NCBI GenBank assembly: GCA_963765895.1
Contig: CAVXZB010000024.1
Span: forward strand, 201,943 to 265,942
DNA: 64,000 nucleotides
Reading direction: 5' to 3'
Source: an uncultured Nitrososphaeraceae archaeon
GTDB taxonomy: Archaea > Thermoproteota > Nitrososphaeria > Nitrososphaerales > Nitrososphaeraceae
Both the position numbers and the translations under genes were made by a program. The notes under the pieces are model-generated. The model was given only the letters and a program-made list of their open reading frames with translations, did no database searches and was not told where the DNA came from. Below, piece after piece: positions 47,272 to 60,821 of the stretch (positions within the stretch are counted from its first letter, which is position 1; every line of letters starts with the position of its first letter).

Positions 47272-48433
47272 TCATATTTGCTTCACTAATGCCTCTGGCT
47301 TAACCTGTGCCAGTTTAGGATTGTGTCGTATCATTTGCATCATCTGGGCCATTTGGTTTTGCACTGCCTCTAAATCTTTCCTGTACCGTTTTTCAAGTTC
47401 CATTATCTGATCACTTTTGAACTGCAATTCAGTTACCTTAGTGGTTAATCTATATTCTTCGTTTATAGTTAGATCATTAATTGCTGCCAGATAACCAAGG
47501 GCCTTGTCATTGCCTTCTAGCAGTTCCATGTCTGAGGGTTTGAAATAACTCTTGGTGAGGCCAGAATGGTGTCCCATAACGTATTCTGAATAAAGAGGAT
47601 TTACACCCGCATTGATACATGTCGTTTTAAAGTATTTTCTAAAGCCATGAGTCTGCATTAGTTCTGAGCGCTGTTTGATTTCACTGGGTGCTCTTACTCC
47701 TGACGCATCAAGTCTGCTTTTGTATCATTGTGGCTATCAGTTGCGAATTAATAGGATTGGGTCTATTAGCCTGGAGGATTGGGTCGAAGATCGTTCTAAA
47801 TAATGGTGAATTTGGTTGCAGTTTTTCACCCTGCCTTTGTCTATATTCTAGGTATTGGTCTATTGCATTAGCACATTCTGGAGTACAGAATGTTACGTAA
47901 TTTTCCTGCTCTTTCTTGTAGACGTTGATGCTGTATAACTGATATTTCTCAATTTTTTTAATGTCTCGTAATCTCAGATTAGGTATTGCTCCCCGTCTTA
48001 GTCCTGCTGAACACATTGTAAGTATAATGGCCCTGTCACGTAATGTGCAGGAGTCCAATAGTGTCTTTATCTGCTCTCTGGAGTAAGGTCTATCTTCAAC
48101 AACACTTCTATTTTTGGCTTTTAATTTCTTTAGCTTTTTCCAATTTATAGTCACATCATTCATCTCGTAAAAGTGGGTAATTGCTGCAATGTAGAGGGAC
48201 ACCGAAGCGGGTGCTAATCTCTTATTATGTCTTAGATGGACAATATAATCTCTTAATAGTCCCTCTAGCGTAGTCTTATCAAAACGCAACATATCGTCAT
48301 AACTCGTTTTTTTACAAAAATGCATAAAGTAAGGAAATGTCTTTCTGTAAGATTCTTTTGTTGCATCGCTATCAATGCTATTAATAAAATTCTTGTATGC
48401 CTCGGACTCCTCCAGAAGTTGTTGATCTGACAC
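47272..48433 (-). pseudogene. Tyrosine recombinase/integrase, frameshifted ~47710
   Basis: SAGLRRGA (R), VYK, HGFRKYF, MGH, SYF; ORFs 47708-48433 and 47272-47658. Confidence 0.88.
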
Positions 48434-48540
48434 ACCTAGAATAGCTCTACGCAGATAATTAAAGGTAGTATGTATGATTGTTAAATAACATTAAAAGTAT
48501 ATAACATAGAAAAATTATATATGTAGGTAACAAAAATGTC

Positions 48541-51500
48541 ATGTCTAAGTTAGTCCTTGTAAACCAGCTAATTAGAAATCGGAAGGTGGCTACCGGAACC
48601 GGTTTTGCAGTGATTTTCATTGTAATAGTCGATCTGCTCATGACACGTCAGATACTTGCATATACAAACTTCACAGAATTTGTTATGTTTATTTTGACCA
48701 TAGTTATAGGATATGGTGTAGGTTCTTGGGTCCTTTTGGGGTATACCGAACAAGTGAGTAAAGAGCTTAGGTCCAAGTCACGATTTATCAAGTTCAGTAA
48801 CTGGGTCGTAATAATAAGTCAATATTCGTTTTTAGCTATACTATTATTCATTCTTTTTAGTAGTACCACTGGATTTTTGTCTCCTTTAGTTTTTGGAGTA
48901 AGTTCCGTATTAGCGACCATAATTATGGGAATAATGACCCTCAAATTTTTTTCCTGGTATAGATTAAGTAGTAATAAAAAGAATTTGACACTCCTGTTAT
49001 ATGGCCTAGCGAGCATTAACGTTGGCAATGTCGATAGCAGAGGACGCCGCTACTAAGTTGTCAATGATCGATATAGTACATGAAAGATCACCTCCTGGGG
49101 TCATCCCAAAATCCTCTTTTCTGTACAAACACTCTAGTAAATATAACGGCGAAATAGAATACAAAGTGGTGAACCCGAGCACCACCACACTCTATTTACT
49201 ACCAAATTCAAACTTGATGTTTTACAACCTTTTGAATTCGATAGTGCTTCCTGTGGGATTCATATTTAGATGGATGGCTTCGGTTGTACTGTTGCGAAGT
49301 CTTTATCATAGAATGGGAAAGATGCCTTTATCATTTTGGATAATTCTTTCTCTGCCTCTAATATTCTATTTGATAGGAAAGATGCCTGGGTTCTTTTCCG
49401 GTGAAAGCATCTCAGGTGTTGATGAACCATACAGATATTTTTTTAGAGCATTGTTCAGGGCAGGTACAGTAGGCGGAAATATTCTTTTTGGAGTACCATT
49501 TTTTATAGCCGCTAGAGGTATGATTTCATCAAAAGTAAAGGATTATCTCATTATTTGCGGTATAGGAATTACTTTGGTGGGTATATGTCTTTCAACATCT
49601 GCCTTACAGCAAACGTACGGAATGGCTGCTCATTCGCTAGTATTACTATCTTCGTATTTGTTCACTGTCGGGTTTTATTCTTCGGTAATTTCCGTGTCTC
49701 AGGATAAGACGCTGCGAGAGTCTATAAAGAGATCAGCCACGGATGTTTCTAGGCTGCTCGATGTTCTTGGATCTCCCCAATTGAAACAGGAGATTGAAAC
49801 TAGAGTCCTGAATATAGCGAAAGAGCAGCAGCAAGTTCTCACAAAACAAACTGGAATATATCCATCCATAACAGAGCTTGAAATGAAACAATATCTTGGT
49901 AAGGTGCTTAAGGAGATAAAAGTTCTGAGTAATGTTGATGAAATTCTAAAAAAAGGAAGGGATATTTTGGAAAAGTCCCTCGATTATATGGTTTGTTCAA
50001 AATTCGGTAACCTGCGATTAGTCTACAATAATTACTTTGATCTGTATGAGAAAGTAATGACCACTAAATATAAAAATCTGCAACACAATGGTATCAGATT
50101 GGTTACCTCTATAGATACAGACAGTGTAGAATTGGTTAAGAAATTTGTCAACAAAGGTATTCAAATAAGACATGTAAGAAATATGCCACCAATCGATTTT
50201 GCCCTTTCAGATAAGGAGATGATAGCAACAATACAAAAAACTGAGGGCGGATATGAGATCCAAAATCTTCTGGTTAGTAACGAGCCAGCATATATGAAGC
50301 ACTTTGTATCAATTTTTGAAGAACTTTGGAAAGGAGGAATCGAAGCCAGTGAAAGAATAGATGCAATTGAGCAAGGCATAGAATCCGAGTTTCTTGAAGT
50401 TATAAGTGATAGAGAAAAAGTAAGTCAAATTCTTTTCGATCTATCTAAATCTGCGAAGAAAGAGGCACTCTTGCTTCTACCTAACGATACCGCCATGTTG
50501 AGGATGGAGAAAATGGGCGTGATTGAATGCCTAATAAATGCGTCGACCAAAATTAGTGCATCGATAAAAATAATTTGTCCTATGTCGTCTAGGAATTCTG
50601 ATATCATCCAATATATATCTAACCGTGCTCCAGACATCAAGATCCTTAATGGTGCAAATTCATCTTCAGGCATGTTCATTGTTGACAGTATCAAATTTCT
50701 AAGAGCCGAGCTTAAGTATCCTGATGCACAGGATTTCTCGCAAGCAATAGGTTTCAGCATATATTCGAATAGTAGGAAGAGTGTTGAATCATTTAAATCG
50801 ATTTTTGAATTGCTTTGGGAACAGACCGAATTATCAGAAAAGCTAAGAAAGGCAAATATGCTGTTTGAAATTGCAAATGAACAGTTAAAAACTCGCGATA
50901 AACAACAACAAGAATTTATTAATATTGCAGCCCACGAATTAAGAACACCTATACAGCCAATACTTGGACTCACAGAAGTTGCACTCTCGAGAACAAGCGA
51001 TAAGGAACAGGTAGAGTTATTGGGTATTGTTAACCGGAATGCAAAACGATTACGTGGTTTGACAGAAGATTTGCTAGATGTAACAAGGATTGAGAGTCAA
51101 TCTCTCAAGTTAACTAAAGAAAGAGTCGAGTTAGGCGATATATTACAATCAGCAGTGACCGATTTTCAAAACCACATCGCTAAACTACATGACAATAATG
51201 GAAATGTAGCTTTCACATGTAGAATGAAAGAAAATGTATTTGTGCTGGCAGATAAACGTAGAATTACACAAGTTGTCTCCAACTTGTTGAGCAATGCAAT
51301 AAAGTTTATTGACCAGGAAGGTGGCAACATTCAAATAATAACAGAAATGGCTCATATACACGATCGTCTTAGTAACAGTCATATTGTCGTAGCTATAAAA
51401 GATACAGGAAAAGGAATAGATCCTCAAATAATGCCAAGATTATTTTCCAAATTTAGTACAAATTCACAACAGGGAACTGGTCTAGGTCTTTATATCTCCA

Positions 51501-51598
51501 AAAATATTGTGGAAGCACATGGTGGCAGAATATGGGCAGGAAATAATGAAGATGGTATAGGAGCATGTTTTTACTTTACTCTTCCAATTGCAACGTAG
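48541..51598 (+). CDS. Multi-TM sensor histidine kinase (frameshift ~49015 separates the N-terminal TM part)
   Basis: AAHELRTP, NLLSNAIKF, DTGKG, GTGLGL; about 10 TM helices; two TrmB/PLD-like internal domains (inference). Confidence 0.88.
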
Positions 51599-52314
51599 AT
51601 TCTTTAATCCATTTGTAGTTTTTTTACATATACATTTATCGGATTTTATTTCTAAATGAATCCATATTTAAAATATAATCCCCTAGGTATCTAGTCTATT
51701 AATTTGCCAAAGCTAGAGGTCAGGACAGTCTTTTAGCATCTGATTGTGACAAGAAGTGTCACATCTGGTATCTTATTTCTGGTAACGATTTCATATTGGA
51801 AAGGTATAAACAGTGGACTTTCTTGTGCTCACTGTTGATTCGTTCTCGAGTTTATAACAAATACATTTGATATTTGTTTATCATCATGCAAATATAAGGC
51901 CATTGTCGATCTGGGTTCGGTGGTTCTCGCACTAATTGCAGTTCAAAAAAGAAACTCAATGATAGTAACATTATTCTAACTATTAAGTTTTCTGTCAAAA
52001 TTAGCCTTCGAACGGCTTGATAACAAGTTTTACAAATGTTGGAGCAAGAATTACACCGAATCCACGAATTTACATCATAATATCCAAAAAATATAAAGCT
52101 AAATTAGTTGAAATACTATTAACAAGAAATGGCTAATCCATAAGCTGCCTCTTACACCTGCTACACCAAAAGTTATTAAACTAATAATACTAAAGATCAC
52201 GAAGAACTTATTTCAATAACTGAAAAATAGACACTTGACTACCAAAAAGACGTACATCCAAGGGGCAAAGTGGTCTTAACTGTATGATGAACAACTGCAC
52301 TGGAAGAGATAACA

Positions 52315-53990
52315 ATGTCCAATGCACGTAGGGGACTTCCCCTAACCAGCTCCCGTATTGAGAAAATATTTCCAAAATTAACACCACAGCAAATTCGTCG
52401 CATTGAAGCATATGGAAGAATGCGTTCAGTACAGCCTGGTGAAGTGCTAATAGAGCAGGGAGACAAATCGGTACCGTTCTTTGTTGTTATAACGAGCGAA
52501 GTGGAGATTGTGCGCCCCTTCGATGCCTATGAAACCCTTGTGACTGTCCATGGTTATGGCGAATTCACAGGAGAAGTCAACATGCTCTCTGGCCGGCAGA
52601 TCTTTCTTTCGGGCACTTGCTACGAAGCCAGGCAAAGTAATCGAACTGGATCACCAACAAATGCGGACTTTGGTACAGACTGATGCTGAACTCAGCGATA
52701 TACTGATGAGGGCTTTCATCCTACATAGAGTCGAATTGATAGCTGCTGGTGTTGGAGATATTATTCTTATCGGATCAATACATTCTGCCGGGTATTTGCG
52801 GATCAAAGAGTTCCTGATGCGCAATGGACATCCATACTCTTACATAGACCTGGAACATGACCCTGACGTACAGAATCTATTGGATAGTTTTCAAATTTCG
52901 GCCAGCGAAATTCCCGTTTTAATCTGTAGAGGCCAAATAGTACTCCGCAATCCGGGTAACCAACAAATCGCAGACTGCCTTGGCTTTACCGAATCCCATT
53001 GACCAAACCCAGGTGCGCGATGTTGTCATCATCGGAGCTGGTCCCTCAGGGCTCGCGGCCGCTGTATATGGTGCTTCAGAAGGACTAGATGTTATGGTAC
53101 TAGAAACTGGTTCTCCTGGCGGTCAGGCTGGCTCAAGCTCAAGAATTGAAAATTACTTGGGATTTCCTACCGGGATCTCCGGCCAAGACATAGCAGCTAG
53201 GGCTTACCTCCAGGCTCAAAAGTTTGGTGCAGATATGCTCATTGCAAAGGCCACAAGACTCATCTGCGATCGCAGACCATACATAATCGAACTTGAGAAT
53301 GGGACTAGAATTTCTACTCGCACTATTGTGATTGCCACTGGTGCTCAATATCGAAAGCTACCATTGGAAAACCTGTCCAGATTTGAAGGTGCAGGCGTAT
53401 ACCATGGGGCTACCTTTGTGGAAGCGCAGTTGTGTGGAGGCAAAGAAGTAATTGTAGTTGGTGGGGGAAACTCAGCTGGCCAGGCTGCTGTGTTTCTGGC
53501 ACAGACTACAAAACATGTACATATGCTAGTCAGGTCCTCCGGTTTGGCTGCTACTATGTCTCGATACTTGATTCGTAGAATAGAGAATAGCCCTACGATC
53601 ACATTACGACCACAAACGAAGATTGTAGCCGTAGAAGGAGATAATCAGCTCGTTTTCGTGTACTGGCGAAACAGTCAAACAGAAGATACCGAGAAACACG
53701 AAATCAGTCACATATTTGTCATGACTGGCGCCGACCCAAACATCCATTGGCTCGATGGCTGCATTGCACTAGACGATAAAGGTTTTATAGGGACCGGCCC
53801 TGATCTGTCGCCTGAAAGTCTTAGCGCCGCAGGCTGGTATCCTACACGTCAACCATATTTGCTTGAAACTAGTTTGCCAGGTATTTTTGCAGTAGGTGAT
53901 GTCCGAGGCGGTAGTATCAAACGGGTTGCATCCGCAGTGGGTGAAGGATCAATTGTAATCTCGTTTGTTCATAAAGTACTCCAGGAATAG
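52315..53990 (+). pseudogene. cNMP-binding domain thioredoxin-disulfide reductase, two frameshifts
   Basis: LIEQGD..GEFTGE (cNMP); [48 protein letters not shown]. Confidence 0.88.
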
Positions 53991-54859
53991 GAAATACATG
54001 GTAGGAATAACGGCTATACTAAACGAAGTATAGAATACAGCACAAAATACAGAAGACAAAAGAGGAAAGATACAGGCTTTATCATTAGCTAAAGGAAAGC
54101 CTTATCGGAAGCTGACTTTGTACAAGAAAATGGATCAACGATTTGCTTACCCCTTAGCCTGCTTATTTCCCGACTGCTCTTACCCTCGTTATGTAATTGA
54201 ATAACCTGCTTTGCTTTTGTCAGCGGGTACCTTTTTAAACTGCTATCGTCCGGTTCTTATTGTTGTGGTTGGTGGTATGGTCTCTGCTTTCGCGATAATA
54301 TTTTTAATCGTAGGTGTGATAGCCTTCGGCCTGGGGTTGGTATTGATATATGTTCGTTCCAAGTAATGCTGACCAATTAATTTGATCAGGATTTGGTTAA
54401 GTCGTCATTGATAGAACTATTTGCTTCTCTCGTACCCGCTGGATATGGTTATGGCTTAGCAATGCCTCCAATATTGGCCTTAACTTATAATTAGCCTTTG
54501 TAAAGAAATTTCCACCTTGTCCTCTCAACTACTATCTTCCTTGGCCTTTGGTTTAACAACCTCTATTTTCTTTGCCAATTCAATAACTTTTGGATAAGCA
54601 AGTAGTCGATTAATTTGTTGTAGCTCTGAACCACATCTAATTATTATGCCTTTTTTCTTTGTACCTAAACCTGTACTGGAATTTATGAGATTTATTTCTG
54701 TAGATATGTACTATGGACTCTAAGTGTAGGTAATTTAATAGGGATACTGCCGGTAAGCTGGTAGCTTTCTTTTCCCAGTTTTGACATTCTCTTGAGAATT
54801 CAGCGAGTTTCTTATTAATGATATCTGTTGTCGCGTCATATAACATGCACGACATATAT

Positions 54860-55030
54860 TGTGCTACATCGTGACAAGGGAACATTTGCAGCTGGTGGCG
54901 TTACCGATGTACCATACCAACAAGCTATGATATGCGCTGGTCAAGGAAGTATTGTAGTACTCTCAGCCTATAACCATATACAAAAATTGAAAGGTGGAAA
55001 ATCACCACCAATTAAGTGGATTGGAAATCC
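54860..55030 (+). pseudogene. Thioredoxin reductase C-terminal remnant
   Basis: GTFAAGGVTDVPYQQAMICAGQG...SAYNHIQKLKG. Confidence 0.6.
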
Positions 55031-55549
55031 TCTACATCTAGTAAATAGGTTAACATCTCATCTGAGGTGATGAGCCTGTGTAATGGTATTACCAATAATG
55101 GAATTAAATGGAGGATTACAAAGGTATCCAGCAGCTGAATAACATAAGTACAGTAATGACGAATTAAGATAATTTAGAAGCACGCATATTTACTGAGTCC
55201 TTGTAGTGCAATTAATGTGCTAGATTTGGTTTGTTTACTCTTGGAATTTTAATGTTTAGCAGCTTTCCAAAAAATATTGCCTTAAATTCACAATGACCAT
55301 CGATTCGAATATCTCGTCCACATTTTGTGGATGAGTAAAACGCCGTTTTGGCGTTGTGGGCCAATGTGCGTTATTTTCATGAAAAATATATTCAACACAT
55401 TTTATCCATATTTTTATCATTTTGACATTGTATGATTTTAATACGCATTGAAGATTTTATAGAGTAATGAGATTAAGACTCCTCCCACTCTGCTTTGGGA
55501 GAGTTTTTCGCTAACTGCAATTCAGATCTATTTAGTATTATTCAGACTA

Positions 55550-56374
55550 TTAAATAGATATTTTAGAAAAAATTCCAGCATATTCTTCTATTTTTGATTT
55601 TGTAGGTATTTTGTCAAGACCTATACCATTTGCCTTGAGGGCTGCTACTATAGCACCTGCAGTGCTACATATCGCCAACCTTGAATCTTTTCCCTTAATG
55701 TATATGCAGGTAAATACTGCTGATAGAATATCTCCTATCCCGGTGGAGTCTACAGTAGGAATATAGTCTAGCCTCAGTTTATGTTCGTTCATATGAATTA
55801 CTCTTCGTGTTGCAGAAATCACAAAGTCAGCATTTATAGGTCTAAGAATCTTATATTCCTGCTCATCTGCTTTGACAGCAGAAACGCCTGACCAGTCTAA
55901 AGCTACGCTTCTATAAAGCGAAATGGTTCCTGAGGGTTGTATTTTCCGTAGATAACCTTGCGGATCCAGCATTACAAATTTTCCCTTCTTAGTTATCGCT
56001 CTAAGGACATCCAACGGAACCTCATCAATAACAGGACTTACTATCCAACCATCCGCATGTATATCACTAACGTCATCAATCGTGAGTGGCTTACATTTGG
56101 ACAATAAAGTCAGTTGTCTAGTATCATCGTATTGTCTAATAGAAAATTTTGTAGTTAGCCATTCTTTTTCAAATTGATTGATATTAACAAGATTTCGATT
56201 TAGAAAATCTCGCTTATCCTCTGGAAGATCTTCTCCCACTTTGGTGACTAGAATAGTTTCAAACCCCAGTTGTCTGCAAGTTAAGCCACAATAACATGCT
56301 GGACCTCCTAAAAAATAATTATCTTCATTGTCTATTGAGTCTAATGTTATGTGTGATGCTATCGCTATTTTCAT
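55550..56374 (-). CDS. PfkB family carbohydrate kinase
   Basis: HITLD, GGPACY, KVGED, LDPQGYLR, DSTGIGD. Confidence 0.85.
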   Translation of the reverse strand: MKIAIASHITLDSIDNEDNYFLGGPACYCGLTCRQLGFETILVTKVGEDLPEDKRDFLNRNLVNINQFEKEWLTTKFSIRQYDDTRQLTLLSKCKPLTIDDVSDIHADGWIVSPVIDEVPLDVLRAITKKGKFVMLDPQGYLRKIQPSGTISLYRSVALDWSGVSAVKADEQEYKILRPINADFVISATRRVIHMNEHKLRLDYIPTVDSTGIGDILSAVFTCIYIKGKDSRLAICSTAGAIVAALKANGIGLDKIPTKSKIEEYAGIFSKISI

Positions 56375-57433
56375 GTATGTCTCTCATCAAGAATCAGCGT
56401 ATTAACCAATTTAAATGCCATAGCCCTCTTGTAATCATGCAATAAAGATAGGCCAGACAGAAGACTGATCAAACTGTTGAACAAAAAAGAATAGTGGGTC
56501 AATGGCAAGGTATTTAGTGTAGGCTGCTATCCCTGCAGAGAATATGACCATGTATTATTACTGTCAAATGGGGCGTTAAACGTCATCAATAGCGCTGCTG
56601 CATTATCAGTTAATTCCTTGATAATAGAAGAAAGATATATTACTTATGATAAATCTGAACGAACAATTACAGTAGGATGTGGCAATATCCATCTCCAGAC
56701 ATACACAATAACTCCAAGCTCGCGATCTTTTAGACAGACAGCCTAAGGGAGTTTGGTTATTAAATGCTGGGATTACTATTGATAAAATGGCCTCTAATCA
56801 TTGATCCTCTAGACACAATGTGGCTCAAAATAGTTGCAGATAGCAGAAATGCATATCCAATTACGGTATTAGGCAGTATAAAAATTACCTCAATCGTGGT
56901 AACATTATGAATCCTCAAACCAGTAATTATGCTATCAGCAAATAAAATAGAGATTTTGATGACGCGGCTGACAAAAATAAGGTAATACCGGGATTTCCAA
57001 GACCATATATATAAGAATAGATGGAGAAGCCACTTGTGGTACAAATATTACAAATTCAGAAATTGCATGGTAGGTAAGAGGCAGGCTTAGGAGAAGGCAA
57101 AAAGTGGCCTCACGTACCTAGGCGGTGACAAAAGCGCATTAAGGAATAATAAGGTACATGATCTATATTTTGTATTTTAAAGTGGAGTAGGGGGTGTGGT
57201 TATTGAGAATAATCACATCTATAATAAAGGATACTCTAGATTATATCCACATACAGGAACTCATAATACGATAATAAGAAATAATACCGGTCACGATCAG
57301 GTTTTCGGTATTATTCATTTATCAGATACCCGAACAGAAGAACACCATACCAGTACGATACCATAAGGATGATCAATAAAAAATAGATAAGTACTTTGAA
57401 TATTATTATAGAAAAGCGGCAAAAGTAGAGCCA

Positions 57434-57694
57434 CTAGTAGACCATATACAGAGATACGTGTTTGTTATATCCTTGACATGAGTATCTAACAATTCTATTA
57501 AGATCATGTAAAAGATGGTAACTAGCACCCAACCCAATTAGTGTGGGGGTATATACATTACATCCTGCAGCCAGCAGCATTGGAGCCATGAAACATCGGG
57601 ACCGTCCACTATGTCCTGTGCCATTCATTAAGACAAAGGTGGTTGGCACGGCTTCGTTCATGATGCCAAGGGTATTCTTTGCAGAATATTTCAA
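57434..57694 (-). pseudogene. Alpha/beta hydrolase N-terminal remnant
   Basis: TTFVLMNGTGHSG...LAAGCNVYTPTLIGLG. Confidence 0.55.
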
Positions 57695-57864
57695 TTTTGA
57701 GGTAGGCTGTAGGACATTTTATTATATCTTCAATGTCTAACTGAAAAAAATCCAGCATACCTTTTGATCAGACCATGTGAAGCTCATTGTGGGATAAATC
57801 CAAATTTTCATTTTCAACTTTATTTGGTACACTTTATGAAACAACTAAAACGATGGATTATTTT

Positions 57865-58476
57865 TTACTTTAGATATTTAATCCTCTTATTTTGTTCTAC
57901 CATTATAAATGCTTTAGTGAGCAATACACCAGCAATGAAACCACCGATGTGTGCTGTAAATGCTACTTGAATTGCAGTAAACGAGCCTATAACAGCAAAT
58001 ACAATTTGAAGTATTAGCCAATAATAAGCCCTAGTGTTTCCAGCAGCAGCTGCTATACCTAGTATTCCGGAGATTGCTCCTGAAGCACCTATTAATACGG
58101 TGTGGCTATTTCCCAACATAAAAGTCGATATTGCACCAAAAAATAAAGCTCCGGCAATTCCTGCGATTATGTAAATTAAGATATATCTGAAAATTCTAAC
58201 TGCTCTTTCTGCATATCCTCCAAGGTATACTAATGCTAGTATGTTAAATGCTAGATGAGCAATGCTGGCATGAATGAATATTGATGAGAATAAGCGTGTT
58301 AAGGCATCTGAAAGCGAGGGGGGTGATATGGATGAGACTGATAATAGCTGGTCAGGAATGAAACCATAGCGCCGTATGACTTCCTCTTGTATACCTGTGA
58401 TTAGCCCAAAAGCGAGGATTATGACATTTAGAATTACGAGAGTTGTTGTAGCTATAGGTAGGCTTGATATGTTTAT
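57865..58476 (-). CDS. Rhomboid family intramembrane serine protease
   Basis: Frame open upstream of ORF 58119: SIFIHASIAHLAFN, GASGAISG, TAHIGG; no ATG/GTG/TTG at the 5' end (ATA at 58476). Confidence 0.85.
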   Translation of the reverse strand: MNISSLPIATTTLVILNVIILAFGLITGIQEEVIRRYGFIPDQLLSVSSISPPSLSDALTRLFSSIFIHASIAHLAFNILALVYLGGYAERAVRIFRYILIYIIAGIAGALFFGAISTFMLGNSHTVLIGASGAISGILGIAAAAGNTRAYYWLILQIVFAVIGSFTAIQVAFTAHIGGFIAGVLLTKAFIMVEQNKRIKYLK

Positions 58477-59088
58477 GATGATAATGTTAGTTTTGTAGAT
58501 ATAAATGGCTATGCAGACTTTCTAATTAAATATGGCATTATCAATTTTAGGCAGCATCGCGCAACGTAAAGTTGTGATACATTACCATCTGTTTAACTAA
58601 GATGTTGTCTTGTTAAGGTACATCTAGCATTTTGCCAGATATATGAAACAGTTTATTCTATTGACGTACCTCATATATGACAATTACGAATTAAGACTAT
58701 ATAATAGCGGTAACACAAGGATCTTGATACGATAGTTTCAAATCCAATGACCGACATATACAACATATATACAATATAACAAGGTTACAGAGTTATTTTT
58801 CTTTAACAAAATACTCTTGAAATGAACTTGTTGTATCTTCGTAAATAGGAGATCAGATAGCATATCATTGTTTTTGTTTAGTATTATTGGAAGTGTTTCA
58901 TTTAGCTGTAAAATAGATTTTGTTAGAGTACAATTTCTTTATGAGCCGCTATCTGGACAAATGGCTGATTTTCATACTAACAACTTCCCATTAATCTCTA
59001 CGTTGTTCGTTTTAGCTCTTCTCTATGCGCTGCTTGACTTGCACCTTTAATCTGTTGGGCTTCTAGTATCACACAATCTAGTTTTTAA

Positions 59089-59442
59089 TCATGCGGCCAC
59101 TACAAGAACAGGTATTGTGACATTGCTTATTATCTTCCGACTATCACTGAATAATGATCTTATCCATGAATCTATGTGAGATGAGGTCAAGACTATCATA
59201 TCATATCCCTGTGCTTTAATTTCATCTACGATTTCAGAGACAAGATTACCTGTTCTAAATTTGTACGATATCTTATTTTTGCATCCTGCTTCGTTACATT
59301 TCCTTATTGTGTCTTCCATTATATCTACAAATGGTCCTTGTACATCTCGATTTAGAGAGTCGTGTGTGTTTTGGTGAATTTCCAACATTAACCTTACATA
59401 TTCAATAAATATAGTAAATAAATCTGCACTTACCATTATCAC
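59089..59442 (-). CDS. Universal stress protein (C-terminal part)
   Basis: GNLVSEIVD..YDMIVL...SRKIISNVTIPVLVV. Confidence 0.65.
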   Translation of the reverse strand: MIMVSADLFTIFIEYVRLMLEIHQNTHDSLNRDVQGPFVDIMEDTIRKCNEAGCKNKISYKFRTGNLVSEIVDEIKAQGYDMIVLTSSHIDSWIRSLFSDSRKIISNVTIPVLVVAA

Positions 59443-59699
59443 TGTCTATTCTATCTATTGGAAAAACATTTACAGAATACAGAAGTCATGCTAAAATGGA
59501 GACAGGGACGGTACAGAATTTTGCCTAGACCATAATTCTTAATTTTTCACACATATGGACCAAATCAATGACATAAATCCACAATGTGATCTTAGAACAA
59601 CAGAAAAATAAATGAGAATGATCAGATATTACAAAAATTTTTACTGATTCTGAGCCAGGCGATTATCATCATCTGAACGCATGATGAAAGAATCCACCT

Positions 59700-59980
59700 C
59701 CAGATCGATGTCCTTGATGCGTCCTACTACTACTACCATTACTCTCATGTTTACTGACCACATGATGGGGGTGATGATGCGTCCTGCTGCTACTACTGCT
59801 ACTACTGCTACTACCATTACTCTCATGTTTACTGACCACATGATGGGGGTGATGATGCGTCCTGCTCTACTAGCTATACTGCTACTACTGCTACTACTGC
59901 TACTACTGCTACTACTGCTACTACTGCTACTACTGCTACTATCGTGTTTACTGACCACATGATGGTGGTGATGATGCGAA
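59700..59980. repeat. (ctactactg)n microsatellite plus three tgtttactgaccacatgatgg units
   Basis: Visible directly. Confidence 0.9.
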
Positions 59981-60356
59981 CTCGGTACTGCCTGGTGATG
60001 AAATATCTTTCACATTAAATGCAGCAATGCCGGGCTGGAGATTATACAAAACAGGATCAACTGTAAAGGCATTCACTTTAACTTGATAGGTTTGTGCTTT
60101 AACTGTTCTAGGTATCGTCCACGAATAGCTATAGATTCCATTTGAATTGCTAGTACCGTTAAACTTATTTTGAATTAAATTTCTTGTTGGATCAAAGACT
60201 ATACCACTTATTTGAGCATTTCCTATATTGTTATTTGAAATTGGATCGTGTATAGCAATACGGAATACTTCAGGCTCCCCTTTTGTTATAGGATTTTTAT
60301 CAACATTTACTAACACTGTTAATTCCGGGTTAGGTTGACTGGCGGATCGTATTGGC

Positions 60357-60821
60357 GATTTGGTTATAGCTCGTGGCATAAGCAATGCTTGCTGCTGCAA
60401 TTGAGTTTTTGGCATCAAGTTTGATGATAAAGGAGTAGGGACTATAGGATGATAGTTTTTTGTAGTTATAGGTGTGGTTGTTATTATTCGGGAGTCGGTA
60501 CTAGTGTTTAGTGATTTGGTTATAGCTCGTGGCATAAGCAATGCTTGCTGCTGCAATTGAGTTTTTGGCATCAAGTTTGATGATAAAGGAGTAGGGACTA
60601 TAGGATGATAGTTTTTTGTAGTTATAGGTGTGGTTGTTATTATTCGGGAGTCGGTACTAGTGTTTAGTGATTTGGTTATAGCTCGTGGCATAAGCAATGC
60701 TTGCTGCTGCAATTGAGTTTTTGGCATCAAGTTTGATGATAAAGGAGTAGGGACTATAGGATGATAGTTTTTTGTAGTTATAGGTGTGGTTGTTATTATT
60801 CGGGAGTCGGTACTAGTGTTT
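60357..60821. repeat. 156-bp perfect tandem repeat, ~3 copies
   Basis: Units start at 60357, 60513, 60669. Confidence 0.95.

Noticed and set aside
50425-50973. 182-aa minus-strand ORF
   Set aside because: Antisense to the histidine kinase; no motifs
59641-59962. ORFs with poly-Leu or MRVMVV repeats
   Set aside because: Off-frame or antisense readings of the His/Ser tail
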